Positions 47,272-57,659 of a stretch of DNA of 64,000 nucleotides are shown here, piece by piece. Where the stretch lies: positions 24,578 through 88,577 of the forward strand of contig CAJUGJ010000013.1 of NCBI GenBank assembly GCA_910586015.1, given 5' to 3'. The notes below the pieces were generated by a model. That model was not told the origin of the DNA. It searched no databases and worked only from the letters and a program-made list of their open reading frames with translations. This stretch comes from an uncultured Lachnospiraceae bacterium (GTDB lineage Bacteria; Bacillota; Clostridia; Lachnospirales; Lachnospiraceae). A program made the translations under genes and the position numbers. Every line of letters starts with the position of its first letter. Positions within the stretch are counted from its first letter, which is position 1.

Positions 47272-48093
47272 CTAACGAAGCACCAGTAAAGTATCATAAC
47301 CTTGACGACTGAGTGCATCTGCATAACTTTGCCCTTCGGCACGAGTCTTAAATGGACCCACAAATACACCATAATAGCCATCAGTCATAGAGATTGCAGG
47401 ACTGTAGCCAGATTCCTGAAGTCGTATTGTTAAGTTAGCAGCATTATTATAATTACGGAATAAGCCAGTTTGTACATAGTATAGTTTATTTTCCGAAGAT
47501 GGAGGAGGTGTAGGTGTGATAGGAGGGGTAAGAACACCATCCATTCCACTATTTGGTAAGTTCGTTCCATAAAGTGTTTTATAAATTCCATTTGCGATTG
47601 CATAAACGATTTCGTCAAAATTTCGATCAAAAGTCGCATTATCAGCATCTGTATTGATAAAACCTGCTTCTACCAAAAGAGCAGGCATTTGAGTTCTTCG
47701 AAGAACAGCAAGATCTTTTCGGACAGAAGTTCCAAGGTTATTAAAGCCTGCTGCCGCCAATTCACGATTAATTTCTTGTGCCATTTTTAATTTTGTTCCA
47801 CTTTCATCAAATAAAAGTGTCTGTACGCCAGAATAGGTATTAGGGATTTGGCTAGAATTACGATGAAGGGAAACAAAAAAATCTGCTCCAGCTTCATTTG
47901 CAATCTGTGCTTTACGAACTGGAGAATCGTAGGTATCGGAAACACGTGTATAACCAATATCTACTCCATTTTGGGCTAAAAGTTCTCCAATCGCAAGTGT
48001 TAGATTTAAATTATCATCTTTTTCTCTGCGTCCTTGATAGGTTGCCCCACTATCATAACCGCCATGACCGGCATCGAGATAAACAAGTGCCAT
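47272..48093 (-). CDS. N-acetylmuramoyl-L-alanine amidase (Amidase_3) with C-terminal SPOR domain
   Basis: YLDAGHGGYDSGA, FVSLHRNS and LVEAGFI motifs. C-terminal YYVQTGLF...GYYGVFVGPF is a SPOR-like repeat. Confidence 0.85.
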   Translation of the reverse strand: MALVYLDAGHGGYDSGATYQGRREKDDNLNLTLAIGELLAQNGVDIGYTRVSDTYDSPVRKAQIANEAGADFFVSLHRNSSQIPNTYSGVQTLLFDESGTKLKMAQEINRELAAAGFNNLGTSVRKDLAVLRRTQMPALLVEAGFINTDADNATFDRNFDEIVYAIANGIYKTLYGTNLPNSGMDGVLTPPITPTPPPSSENKLYYVQTGLFRNYNNAANLTIRLQESGYSPAISMTDGYYGVFVGPFKTRAEGQSYADALSRQGYDTLLVLR

Positions 48094-48252
48094 AAAAACC
48101 TCCTAATGACTGTATGTTTATTTCATTTTATGTATAAAAAAAGAAATGTTTCCGCAAAGTATTTAGAAATGAAAAGAAAACAAAGCATTTGACGTTTCGA
48201 CTGCTTTTGTGATAGGATGATATCGTTGTATTAAATAGTATGGAGGCCGATT

Positions 48253-49755
48253 ATGAAAATAGGATTTGACTCAGTAAAATATATTAATGAACAATCTAAA
48301 TATATTTTAGAGCGGGTAAAAAGTTATGATAAACTTTATCTTGAATTTGGAGGGAAGTTAATCGGAGATAAACATGCCAAGAGGGTACTTCCGGGATTTG
48401 ATGAAGATGCGAAGATCAAACTTTTAGAAAAGCTAAAAGAACAGGCAGAAATGATCATATGTGTCTATGCAGGAGATATTGAACGAAATAAAATCAGAGG
48501 AGATTTTGGAATTACTTATGATATGGAAGTATTTCGGTTAATTGATGATCTAAGAAGCTACGGATTATTATTAAATAGTGTAGTAATAACACGCTATAGT
48601 GGTCAACCTGCGACTAAGGTATTTATGAATAAATTAGAGCGTCGGGGGATTAAAGTCTATACACATGAGGCGATTGCTGGATATCCAGCAGATGTAGATA
48701 CGATTGTAAGTGAACAAGGCTATGGAAAAAATTCTTATATTATAACAAAAAGACCAATTGTCGTTGTTACAGCACCGGGACCGGGAAGCGGAAAACTTGC
48801 TACTTGTTTAAGTCAACTTTATCATGAACAAAAACGTGGACATTCCGCAGGATATTCTAAATTTGAAACTTTTCCAGTGTGGAATGTCGCATTAAAGCAT
48901 CCTCTAAATATTGCCTATGAAGCTGCAACAGTAGATTTAAAAGATGTTAATATGATGGATTATTTTCATTTTGAAACATACCAGAAGGCAGCAGTAAACT
49001 ATAACAGAGATTTAGAGATGTTTCCAGTAGTAAAACGTATTATTGAAAAAATTACAGGAAAAACATCTTTATATCAATCTCCAACTGATATGGGAGTCAA
49101 TCGGGTTGGATTTGGAATTATAGATGATGAAGTAGTAAAAGAGGCATCCAGACAAGAAATTATTCGAAGATATTTTTCAACGACCTGTGATTTTAAAAAA
49201 GGGTTAGTAGATGAAGATACACTTTATAGAATGAAACTTTTATTAGAAGAGGTAAATTTAAAAGAAGAAGATCGAACTTGTGTAGAACCAGCACGTTCTT
49301 ATGCTAAAAAGCTCCATGAAACATTAAACACAGACGAGCAACCCGCAGTTTTGGCGTTAGAACTTCCTGATAAAAGAATTATTACAGGAAGAGGAAGTTC
49401 TTTAATGGAGTGTTGTGCCGCCGCTTTATTAAATGCGACTAAGGTACTAGCAGAAATTGAAGATCCTGTTCTTTTGCTTTCTCCTGAGGTAATTAAAAGA
49501 ATTCAGGATTTAAAAGAAAATAATCTCTATGCAAAAAAAGTTACACTTTCTGCAAACGAAGTATTAATTGCATTAAGTATTTGTGCTGTCAATGATACAC
49601 AAGCATCAAAGGCATATCAAAAACTTCCTGCTCTTTTTGGAAGTCAGGCTCATTGTACAGTAATGTTGACCAAAGATAACGAACAAATCTTAAAAAAGTT
49701 AGGAATTGACGTTACATGTGATCCTGTATATCCATCTGAAAATTTATATTATTAG
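48253..49755 (+). CDS. UPF0371/DUF1846 family protein
   Basis: [23 protein letters not shown]-terminus and about 500 aa, typical of UPF0371. Confidence 0.75.
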   Translation: MKIGFDSVKYINEQSKYILERVKSYDKLYLEFGGKLIGDKHAKRVLPGFDEDAKIKLLEKLKEQAEMIICVYAGDIERNKIRGDFGITYDMEVFRLIDDLRSYGLLLNSVVITRYSGQPATKVFMNKLERRGIKVYTHEAIAGYPADVDTIVSEQGYGKNSYIITKRPIVVVTAPGPGSGKLATCLSQLYHEQKRGHSAGYSKFETFPVWNVALKHPLNIAYEAATVDLKDVNMMDYFHFETYQKAAVNYNRDLEMFPVVKRIIEKITGKTSLYQSPTDMGVNRVGFGIIDDEVVKEASRQEIIRRYFSTTCDFKKGLVDEDTLYRMKLLLEEVNLKEEDRTCVEPARSYAKKLHETLNTDEQPAVLALELPDKRIITGRGSSLMECCAAALLNATKVLAEIEDPVLLLSPEVIKRIQDLKENNLYAKKVTLSANEVLIALSICAVNDTQASKAYQKLPALFGSQAHCTVMLTKDNEQILKKLGIDVTCDPVYPSENLYY

Positions 49756-49800
49756 AAGTTAGATACATATTTTAAGCTCTATTTATTTCCAGCCGTGCCC

Positions 49801-49829
49801 TTGCCAAAAATAAGCGAACGTTGTATAAT
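49801..49829 (+). promoter_or_regulatory. Candidate sigma-A promoter for the CobW-type GTPase operon
   Basis: TTGCCA (49801-49806), a 17-nt spacer, and TATAAT (49824-49829). Confidence 0.55.
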
Positions 49830-49882
49830 GTACACCATCAAAATGATCTAATAAAAGATTAGGAAGAAAGAAGGATCGTAAT

Positions 49883-50980
49883 ATGACAAAAATTGATATT
49901 ATTTCTGGATTCTTAGGAGCAGGAAAAACAACATTAATTAGAAAACTATTACAGGAAGCATTTCAAGGTGAAAAACTGGTCTTAATTGAAAATGAATTTG
50001 GAGAAATAGGAATTGATGGAGGATTTTTAAAAGACGCAGGTGTAGAAATCAGAGAAATGAATTCTGGATGTATTTGTTGTTCTCTAGTGGGGGATTTTGG
50101 TACAGCATTACAGGAAGTATTAGAGAAATTTCAGCCAGATCGTGTTATTATTGAACCATCTGGAGTTGGAAAATTGTCCGATGTTATAAAAGCTGTGGAA
50201 GATGTGGCAACAAAAGTTTCTGTAACATTAAATTCATATACTGCGGTTGTAGATGTTAAAAAGTGCAAAATGTACATGAAGAATTTTGGAGAATTCTTTA
50301 ATAATCAGATTGAGAGTGCACAGACAATCATATTAAGTAGAACGCAAGATGCTAAGGAAGATAAACTAGAACAGTGTGTAAAAGAACTAAAGGAACATAA
50401 TAATCATGCAACAATTATTACAACTGCATGGTCAGAAATAAATGGTAGTCAGATTCTTTCCGCTATGGAAAAACAGGTTTCTTTGGAAAAAGATCTTATG
50501 GAAGAAGTTTGCCATAATCATGACCACGATCACGAAGAACATCATCACGACCATCACCATGAAGAAGACCATTGTGAATGTGGTGAGCATCATCACGATC
50601 ACGAAGGACATCACCACAACCATCATCATGAAGAAGATCATTGTGAATGTGGTGAACATCATCACGATCACGAAGGGCATCACCACCATCATCACCATGC
50701 CGATGAAGTTTTTACTAGTTGGGGCATAGAAACACCTCATAAGTATAATAAACAGGAATTAACAGATATTTTACAGACACTTTCAGAAACCGATCGATAT
50801 GGTATGATTTTACGTGCAAAAGGAATGGTTGCCTGTATAGATGGAACATGGTTATATTTTGATTTTGTTCCAGAAGAGTATGAAATTCGTGAAGGAGCGG
50901 CTGATGTTACAGGAAGACTTTGTGTAATTGGAAGCAAATTAAATGAGAGTGAAATTGCAAAATTGTTTCATGCAGTATAA
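49883..50980 (+). CDS. G3E-family (CobW/COG0523) metallochaperone GTPase with His/Cys-rich insert
   Basis: GFLGAGKTT P-loop and the GCICCS (CxCC) motif. A His-rich stretch of about 60 aa precedes the CobW_C domain. Confidence 0.85.
   Translation: MTKIDIISGFLGAGKTTLIRKLLQEAFQGEKLVLIENEFGEIGIDGGFLKDAGVEIREMNSGCICCSLVGDFGTALQEVLEKFQPDRVIIEPSGVGKLSDVIKAVEDVATKVSVTLNSYTAVVDVKKCKMYMKNFGEFFNNQIESAQTIILSRTQDAKEDKLEQCVKELKEHNNHATIITTAWSEINGSQILSAMEKQVSLEKDLMEEVCHNHDHDHEEHHHDHHHEEDHCECGEHHHDHEGHHHNHHHEEDHCECGEHHHDHEGHHHHHHHADEVFTSWGIETPHKYNKQELTDILQTLSETDRYGMILRAKGMVACIDGTWLYFDFVPEEYEIREGAADVTGRLCVIGSKLNESEIAKLFHAV
50558..50695 (+). repeat. In-frame 69-bp tandem duplication encoding HEEDHCECGEHHHDHEGHHH[NH]HH
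   Basis: Units 50558-50626 and 50627-50695 differ at only a few positions. Confidence 0.85.
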
Positions 50981-51024
50981 TTTTAACAGAGCTTTTTGTA
51001 AACAAAGGGAAAGAGGAAAAAAAT

Positions 51025-51987
51025 ATGGAAGTACCTGTTTATATTGTCAATGGATTTTTGGAAAGTGGAAAGACAAGTTTTATTCAGGAAACGATGACGG
51101 ATCCCGACTTTTCCGATGGAACAGAAACCTTATTGATTGTCTGTGAAGAGGGAGAAGTAGAATACGACGAACAAGTATTAAAAAAATGTCATACAAAGTT
51201 AGTAGTATTAGAAGAGGAAGAAGAACTAAATCAAGCCTTTTTAAAACAATGTCAGAGTACGTATAGACCAGAAAGGGTAATGATAGAATTAAATGGGATG
51301 TGGAATTTAGAAAACTTTTTAGAAGAAGAACTTCCAAAATCGTGGGTATTAGTGCAGATTATTACAATAATTGATACCTCTACATTCTCTAACTATTGGA
51401 ATAATATGAAGGCTTTGATGGTTGCTCAGTTTAAATATTCAGATACTATTATTTTTAACCGTTGTGATGAAAGTACAGACAAATTATTTTTGCGCCGATG
51501 TGTAAAACCAGTAAACCGAAAAGGACAGATTATTTATGAATCGGCAGAAGGGGTTACAGATGATGCCGGAGAAGAGGCTTTGCCTTTTGATTTAGAAGCC
51601 TCTGTTATTGAAATTCAAGAAGAAGATTATGGACTTTGGTATATGGATGCGATGGATCAGCCAAAGAAATATGATGGAAAGACAGTACGGTTTTTAGGAA
51701 TGGTATATAAATCAGAAAAACTTCCAAAGAATAGCTTTGTTCCCGGAAGATTTGCAATGACTTGCTGTGCAGATGATATTGCTTTTATGGGAATGATTTG
51801 TAAAGTTGGAAAGGATAATAAAGGACCACTTACATTTGAAGATCTAAAGAACCGTCAGTTTGTTACTGTGACAGCCAAAATACGATGTGAGTTTTATAAA
51901 GAGTATAGAGGAAAAGGTCCTGTTCTCTATGCTACTTCAATCGAACAGGCAAATGAACCAGAGGATAAAGTGGTTTATTTTACTTAA
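51025..51987 (+). CDS. G3E-like P-loop domain lacking the CxCC motif, fused to a DUF1980/TIGR03943-like C-terminal domain (CCADD motif)
   Basis: NGFLESGKTSF P-loop. The C-terminus FAMTCCADDIAFMG is typical of DUF1980. Confidence 0.6.
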   Translation: MEVPVYIVNGFLESGKTSFIQETMTDPDFSDGTETLLIVCEEGEVEYDEQVLKKCHTKLVVLEEEEELNQAFLKQCQSTYRPERVMIELNGMWNLENFLEEELPKSWVLVQIITIIDTSTFSNYWNNMKALMVAQFKYSDTIIFNRCDESTDKLFLRRCVKPVNRKGQIIYESAEGVTDDAGEEALPFDLEASVIEIQEEDYGLWYMDAMDQPKKYDGKTVRFLGMVYKSEKLPKNSFVPGRFAMTCCADDIAFMGMICKVGKDNKGPLTFEDLKNRQFVTVTAKIRCEFYKEYRGKGPVLYATSIEQANEPEDKVVYFT

Positions 51988-52002
51988 AAATATAACAGAT
52001 AT

Positions 52003-52056
52003 AAGGAGTGCCACTTGTACTGAAAAATCAATCAGTTTGTGACACTCCTTTCTTTC
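52003..52056 (+). terminator. Probable terminator after the CobW-type pair
   Basis: AAGGAGTGCCAC / GTGACACTCCTT stem (one mismatch) with a 24-nt loop, followed by TCTTTC. Confidence 0.4.
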
Positions 52057-52110
52057 AAAAACTTTTTTATGAGAACATTGTTTAAGTTAAAAAATGAAAA
52101 GGAAAAATAG

Positions 52111-54246
52111 ATGAAATCACTAATTTTAGCAGAAAAACCTTCTGTGGGAAGGGATATTGCCAGAGTGCTTCACATAGATAAAAAGGGAAATGGATATTTT
52201 GAGGGCAAAGATGCCATTGTAACTTGGGGGTTAGGACATTTAGTAACATTAGCTGAACCAGAACAATATGATAAAGGATATCAACAATGGAAACTAGATG
52301 ATCTTCCAATGTTACCAGAACCAATGAAGTTAGAAGTAATTCGTCAGACTGGAAAACAATTTCATACTGTAAAAGAACTTCTTTTTCGAAATGATCTAAA
52401 AGAAGTTGTAATTGCAACAGATGCAGGAAGAGAAGGGGAATTAGTAGCCCGTTGGATTTTAGAAAAAGCAGGTTGTAAAAAGCCAATAAAGCGACTTTGG
52501 ATTTCTTCTGTCACAGATAAAGCAATCAGAGAAGGCTTTGCAAATTTAAAAGACGGACATACTTATGATATGCTCTATCATGCAGCACTTTCTAGAGCAG
52601 AGGCAGATTGGTTGGTAGGAATGAATACAACAAGAGCATTGACCTGCCGCTATAATGCGTCACTATCTTGTGGGCGGGTACAGACACCAACATTGACTTT
52701 AATTGCAGAACGACAAAATGAAATAAAAAATTTTTCACCAGTATCTTATTATGGATTAAGTGCCAAATGCAGTCAGCCTCAGATTTCATTTATTTGGAAA
52801 GACCAAAAAGAAAAAAGTAGTCAATGTTTTAATAAAGAGAAAGTAATAGCATTAAAAGAGAATCTTTCTGGAAAAAATGCAGAAGTAGCAGAGATTCAAA
52901 AATGTCCTAAAAAGACATATTCTCCACTGTTGTATGATCTAAATGAACTACAAAGAGATGCAAACAGACGATTTGGTTTTTCTGCAAAGCAAACATTAGA
53001 TATTATGCAGAAACTCTATGAAACACATAAAATTTTAACATATCCACGAACGGATTCTAGATATCTTCCTTCTGATGTTGTAGATACGTTAAAAGAACGA
53101 CTAGAAGCCTGTGCAGTTGGACCATATAAAGTTCTTGTCATGCCACTTAGGACAATGAAATTTTCAAAAAAGGCTTTTTATATTGAAGATTCAAAAGTAA
53201 CTGATCACCATGCTATTATTCCAACAGAACAGACTGTTATTTTGACAGAACTATCAAATGACGAACGAAAGATCTATGATCTGGTAGTACGTAGATTTTT
53301 AGCGGTTTTTTATCCTCCTTATGAATATGAACATACATCCATTAGACTAAAGGTTGGCAATGAGGACTTTTTTGCAAAGGGAAATGTAGTAAAACAGCTT
53401 GGATGGAAGAGTATTTATGAAAATAAAGGACAGGGTTTAGAAGAAGAGGAAGAAACAGGAGAGCTTCCAGAGTTATTTTGTGGACAAAAACTGAATATTA
53501 AAATAGAAATGACAGAGGGAAAGACAAAACCGCCTGCTCTTTATAATGAAGCTAGTTTACTTACCATAATGGAACAAAAAGGGTTGGGGACAGTAGCGAC
53601 TAGAGCAGATATTATTGAGAAATTGTTCCGTAGCTTTTTCATAGAAAAGCAAGGTAAGGATCTGATTGTTACATCAAAGGGAAAACAATTATTATCCCTA
53701 GTACCAATCGATTTAAAAAAGCCAGAATTGACAGCACAGTGGGAAAAAAAGTTGGTTCAAATTTCACAGGGAAATATAAAAAGAAATGAATTTATGAAAG
53801 AAATTCGAAGTTATACAATAGATTTAGTGACACAGATTAAAACAGGACAAGGAACATTCAAACATGATAATCTCACAAATCATAAATGTCCTAACTGTGG
53901 TAAACCGATGCTTTTAGTAAAGGGAAAAAATTCAGAACTGTTAGTATGTCAAGATAGAGAATGTGGCTATAGACAGACAATAGCAAGAACAAGTAATGCC
54001 AGATGCCCAGTCTGTCATAAAAAAATGGTTTTACGGGGAGAAAAAGACAAACAAATCTTTACCTGTAGCTGTGGATATAAAGAAAAGCTTACTGCATTTG
54101 AAGAGAGAAGAAAAAAAGAAGGAGTAAAAGTTTCTAAAAAGGAAGTAGAATCCTATTTAAAAAAGCAAAAACAAACGGAAAAAGAATCGATCAATAACAC
54201 ATTGGCACAGGCACTTGCTAAACTGTCACTTGAGAAGAAAGAATAA
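52111..54246 (+). CDS. topB: DNA topoisomerase III
   Basis: TOPRIM MKSLILAEKPS, active-site TYPRTDSRYL, and C-terminal CxxC zinc ribbons. Confidence 0.9.
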   Translation: MKSLILAEKPSVGRDIARVLHIDKKGNGYFEGKDAIVTWGLGHLVTLAEPEQYDKGYQQWKLDDLPMLPEPMKLEVIRQTGKQFHTVKELLFRNDLKEVVIATDAGREGELVARWILEKAGCKKPIKRLWISSVTDKAIREGFANLKDGHTYDMLYHAALSRAEADWLVGMNTTRALTCRYNASLSCGRVQTPTLTLIAERQNEIKNFSPVSYYGLSAKCSQPQISFIWKDQKEKSSQCFNKEKVIALKENLSGKNAEVAEIQKCPKKTYSPLLYDLNELQRDANRRFGFSAKQTLDIMQKLYETHKILTYPRTDSRYLPSDVVDTLKERLEACAVGPYKVLVMPLRTMKFSKKAFYIEDSKVTDHHAIIPTEQTVILTELSNDERKIYDLVVRRFLAVFYPPYEYEHTSIRLKVGNEDFFAKGNVVKQLGWKSIYENKGQGLEEEEETGELPELFCGQKLNIKIEMTEGKTKPPALYNEASLLTIMEQKGLGTVATRADIIEKLFRSFFIEKQGKDLIVTSKGKQLLSLVPIDLKKPELTAQWEKKLVQISQGNIKRNEFMKEIRSYTIDLVTQIKTGQGTFKHDNLTNHKCPNCGKPMLLVKGKNSELLVCQDRECGYRQTIARTSNARCPVCHKKMVLRGEKDKQIFTCSCGYKEKLTAFEERRKKEGVKVSKKEVESYLKKQKQTEKESINNTLAQALAKLSLEKKE

Positions 54247-54256
54247 GATTCTATTC

Positions 54257-54285
54257 TTGACGCAAGAGTGTATTTTGATTATAAT
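54257..54285 (+). promoter_or_regulatory. Candidate sigma-A promoter for yicC-remA-rpoZ
   Basis: TTGACG (54257-54262), a 17-nt spacer, and TATAAT (54280-54285). Confidence 0.6.
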
Positions 54286-54354
54286 ATATTGGATATGTTG
54301 GACGAAAAATTAAAAAATTCCATCGATCAATTTTAGAAGAAAGAGTGAGTAAAA

Positions 54355-55233
54355 ATGGTAAGAAGCATGACAGGCTTCGGCCGATTTGAAACAGATACAA
54401 AAGAAAGAAAGATTACAGTAGAGATGAAAGGAGTGAATCATCGATATTTAGAACTTTCTATAAAACTGCCGAAAAAGCTCAGTTTTTTTGAGGTTAGAAT
54501 ACGAACTTTATTAAAACAGTACATCAGTCGTGGAAAAGTGGATGTTTTTATTACTTATGAGGATGTGAGTGAAGGCAGATCATCAGTGCATTATAACGAA
54601 GATTTGGCAGCAGAATATTTTATGGCATTAACAAAGATGAGCGAACGTTTTGGCATTGAAAATGACGTAAAAACTTCTTTATTAGCACAATTACCAGAAG
54701 TATTTACTTTACAAGAACAAACTCAAGATGAAGAAGAATTATTTGAATTTGTAGAACAAGTAATAGAAAAAGCCGCAGGGCAGTTTGTGGAGATGAGAGA
54801 AAAGGAAGGAACTCACTTAAAAAAGGATATCCTTTTTAAATTGGATGGAATGATAAAGTGTGTTGAGCAAATTGAAGAACGCTCTCCAAAGATTTTAGAA
54901 GAATACAAAAAAAAGCTTTCTGATAAAATAACAGAATTATTAGGAGATGTTTCAATAGACGAAACAAGAATTACAACAGAGGTTACAATTTTTGCAGATA
55001 AAATTTGTGTAGATGAAGAGACCGTTCGTTTAAAGGCACATATTAAAAGTATGAAAGATACTTTAGAAGATGGACTTAATATTGGAAGAAAATTAGATTT
55101 TATTGCACAGGAAATGAATCGGGAAGCGAATACAATTCTTTCGAAAGCCAATGATTTAACGATTACAGAACTAGCAATTCAATTAAAGACAGAAATAGAA
55201 AAGATCAGAGAACAGATTCAAAATATTGAATAG
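54355..55233 (+). CDS. yicC: YicC-family stress-induced protein
   Basis: MVRSMTGFGR N-terminus and C-terminal DUF1732 (QEMNREANTI). Confidence 0.85.
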   Translation: MVRSMTGFGRFETDTKERKITVEMKGVNHRYLELSIKLPKKLSFFEVRIRTLLKQYISRGKVDVFITYEDVSEGRSSVHYNEDLAAEYFMALTKMSERFGIENDVKTSLLAQLPEVFTLQEQTQDEEELFEFVEQVIEKAAGQFVEMREKEGTHLKKDILFKLDGMIKCVEQIEERSPKILEEYKKKLSDKITELLGDVSIDETRITTEVTIFADKICVDEETVRLKAHIKSMKDTLEDGLNIGRKLDFIAQEMNREANTILSKANDLTITELAIQLKTEIEKIREQIQNIE

Positions 55234-55243
55234 TGAGGAAAGA

Positions 55244-55486
55244 GTGAATAGACTTATTAATATAGGATTTGGGAATGTAGTAAATGTCGATAAAGTAGTA
55301 GCAGTAATTCGACCAGAAGCAGCACCAGTCAAACGAATGGTTCAAAGTGCAAAGGATATGGGAAGTTGTGTAGATGCAACGTGCGGAAGAAAATGCAAGG
55401 CAGTAATTGTAACACAAACTGGACAGATTATTTTATCAGCACTACTTCCAGATACCATTGCAGGACGTGTCAATCAAATAGAGTAA
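55244..55486 (+). CDS. remA: RemA/DUF370 family regulator
   Basis: LINIGFGNVVN...PVKRMVQSAKD...DATCGRK..AVIV matches RemA. GTG 55244 after SD GAGGAAAG is preferred over ORF start 55226. Confidence 0.8.
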   Translation: MNRLINIGFGNVVNVDKVVAVIRPEAAPVKRMVQSAKDMGSCVDATCGRKCKAVIVTQTGQIILSALLPDTIAGRVNQIE

Positions 55487-55502
55487 AGGAAGGGATAATA
55501 GT

Positions 55503-55748
55503 ATGTTACATCCATCATATACAGATTTAATGAATGAGGTAAATAAAGGAGTAGAACAGGGAGAACATCCTGTAGTAAACAGTCGGTATTCTATCGTATT
55601 GGCAGCAGCAAAGAGAGCAAGACAACTGATTGATGGCTCAAGACCTTCTGTAAATTGTGTTTGTAATAAACCACTATCGATTGCTGTTGAAGAGCTTTAT
55701 GAAGGAAAAGTAAAAATTATGTGTGAAGATGAGGAAGGTGTCGATTAA
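55503..55748 (+). CDS. rpoZ: DNA-directed RNA polymerase subunit omega
   Basis: MLHPSYTDLM...NSRYSIVLAAAKRARQL is a typical clostridial RpoZ. Confidence 0.9.
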   Translation: MLHPSYTDLMNEVNKGVEQGEHPVVNSRYSIVLAAAKRARQLIDGSRPSVNCVCNKPLSIAVEELYEGKVKIMCEDEEGVD

Positions 55749-55840
55749 AACAAAAAAACTTTTTGTTTGATGAATAATTTCTTTTCTCCTAGAAGATACT
55801 ATGGTTGTTCAATCAATCAGAAATAGAATGGAGGGAAATT

Positions 55841-56026
55841 ATGACAGACATTACAGAAATGGAACTTCAGAATCTAAGACATTTAATTCAGTTTAGTGAA
55901 ACGGACATGGAAAAATACAATTCATATGCACAGGCTGCAACTGATCCAACCATTAAACAATTTTTTCAAAAATCAGCACAGTCCGCAGACCAAAACAGAC
56001 AGACGTTTCTTCAGTTTTTAAAGTAG
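55841..56026 (+). CDS. Small (61 aa) helical protein paired with a CotF-like gene
   Basis: ATG 55841 follows SD TGGAGGGA (the ORF opens at TTG 55805). The ELQNLRHLI motif often accompanies coat-F-type proteins. Confidence 0.45.
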   Translation: MTDITEMELQNLRHLIQFSETDMEKYNSYAQAATDPTIKQFFQKSAQSADQNRQTFLQFLK

Positions 56027-56038
56027 GAGGAGTTCAAA

Positions 56039-56299
56039 ATGCAGGAAAAAGCGATGGTATCCGATGCGTTAAATTGTATTAATTCAGGATTAAAAGCATA
56101 TGGTGAAATGATTACTCAGACAGAGCATCAGCAATTAAGACAGACACTCCAGAAAATGAGAAATGAAGCGGAAACTTGTCAGTATGAACTCTTTACAATC
56201 GCAAAGAGCAAAAATTATTATGAGCCTGCTCAGATGGCAAAAAATGAAGAAATAAATCAGGTAAAGGATTGTATATGCGGATGTCATTCTGCAAAATAG
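56039..56299 (+). CDS. Spore coat protein F (CotF)-like protein
   Basis: SDALN....GLKAYGEMITQTEHQQLRQTLQKM...YELF pattern of the Coat_F family. Confidence 0.6.
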   Translation: MQEKAMVSDALNCINSGLKAYGEMITQTEHQQLRQTLQKMRNEAETCQYELFTIAKSKNYYEPAQMAKNEEINQVKDCICGCHSAK

Positions 56300-56474
56300 A
56301 TTTTCTTTCTCATAAAGCAGAGTATTAAATGAAAAAAACGTAGGGTTCTGCTCGAATATAACAGTTTTAGACTGTGTTTTTCGTACAGATCTCTACGTTT
56401 TCTTTGCTTTCAATTTTTATCAGTTATATTTCATAAAAAAAACAATGAATATTTCGTTAAATTTTAATTTATAC

Positions 56475-56503
56475 TTGAAATTTGAGAAGAAATTGGTTAA
56501 AAT
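56475..56503 (+). promoter_or_regulatory. Candidate sigma-A promoter for the gap operon
   Basis: TTGAAA (56475-56480), a 17-nt spacer, and TAAAAT (56498-56503). Confidence 0.5.
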
Positions 56504-56545
56504 GGAAAAGGACAAAGTTATAAAATTGATTAGGAGGAATAAATC

Positions 56546-57559
56546 ATGGCAGTAAAAGTAGCAATCAATGGTTTTGGACGGATCGGACGTCTTGCATTCA
56601 GACAGATGTTCGGAGCAGAAGGATATGAAATTGTCGCAATTAATGACTTAACCAGTCCTAAGATGTTGGCACATTTGTTAAAGTATGATACTGCTCAGGG
56701 CAGATATGAAGGACATACGGTAGAAGCAGGAGAAGATTCTATCACAGTAGACGGTACAAAGATCACAATTTACGCAATTAAGGATGCAAAAGATCTTCCT
56801 TGGGGCGAACTTGGAGTAGATGTTGTATTAGAGTGTACTGGATTTTATACCAGCAAAGAAAAATCTCAGGCTCATATTGATGCAGGTGCAAAGAAAGTTG
56901 TTATTTCCGCTCCAGCAGGCAATGATTTAAAGACTGTTGTTTTCAGCGTTAATGAAAATACTTTAACAAAAGAAGATCAGATTATCTCTGCTGCTTCCTG
57001 TACAACAAACTGTCTTGCTCCTATGGCAAAGGCACTCAATGACTATACTCCAATTCAGAGTGGTATTATGAGCACAATTCATGCTTACACCGGAGATCAG
57101 ATGATCTTAGACGGACCTCACAGAAAAGGTGATTTAAGAAGAGCACGTGCAGGTGCTGCTAACATTGTTCCAAACTCTACTGGTGCAGCAAAGGCAATTG
57201 GTCTTGTAATTCCAGAATTAAACGGCAAGTTAATCGGTTCTGCACAAAGAGTTCCAGTTCCAACAGGTTCTACTACTATCTTAGTAGCAGTTGTTAAAGG
57301 CAAGGATATCACAAAAGAAGGCATCAACGCTGCAATGAAAGCTGCTTCTTCCGAATCTTTTGGATATAACGAAGATGAGATCGTTTCTTCTGACGTGATT
57401 GGTATTCGCTATGGTTCTTTATTCGACGCTACTCAGACTATGGTAAGCAAACTCGATGAAGACACCTATCAGGTACAGGTAGTTTCTTGGTATGACAACG
57501 AAAATTCCTATACCAGCCAGATGGTAAGAACCATTAAGTATTTTGCTGAATTAGCATAA
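56546..57559 (+). CDS. gap: Glyceraldehyde-3-phosphate dehydrogenase
   Basis: INGFGRIGR and SCTTNCLAP active-site motifs. Confidence 0.95.
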   Translation: MAVKVAINGFGRIGRLAFRQMFGAEGYEIVAINDLTSPKMLAHLLKYDTAQGRYEGHTVEAGEDSITVDGTKITIYAIKDAKDLPWGELGVDVVLECTGFYTSKEKSQAHIDAGAKKVVISAPAGNDLKTVVFSVNENTLTKEDQIISAASCTTNCLAPMAKALNDYTPIQSGIMSTIHAYTGDQMILDGPHRKGDLRRARAGAANIVPNSTGAAKAIGLVIPELNGKLIGSAQRVPVPTGSTTILVAVVKGKDITKEGINAAMKAASSESFGYNEDEIVSSDVIGIRYGSLFDATQTMVSKLDEDTYQVQVVSWYDNENSYTSQMVRTIKYFAELA

Positions 57560-57582
57560 GAGTAGTTCAGACTCAATTTTAA

Positions 57583-57617
57583 GGGTCCGGTCTAATATGG
57601 ACCGGGCCTTTTTGTTT
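57583..57617 (+). terminator. Rho-independent terminator/attenuator after gap
   Basis: GGTCCGGT...ACCGGGCC stem followed by TTTTTGTTTT. Confidence 0.7.
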
Positions 57618-57659
57618 TGAAAAAGTTTAATAGAGTATAAAAACATAAAGGAGGCTCAT

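Noticed and set aside
47067-47381. 104-aa minus-strand ORF spanning the GDPD 3' end, and the 72-aa (47430..47648) and 65-aa (47898..48095) ORFs inside the amidase gene.
   Set aside because: They overlap confidently called genes in other frames or strands, and have no RBS or domain signal.
49866-49895. TCGTAAT half-site overlapping the CobW start codon, considered as a Zur box.
   Set aside because: The Firmicutes Zur operator is a palindrome (TCGTAAT-N-ATTACGA). The second half here (TGACAAA) does not match, so only a half-site by eye.
50432-50740. Alternative-frame (+, 95 aa, T/I-rich) and antisense (102 aa, M/V/F-rich) ORFs over the His-rich region of the CobW gene.
   Set aside because: They are artefacts of the CAT/CAC/GAA repeat composition. 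The sense frame is continuous with conserved CobW N- and C-domains.
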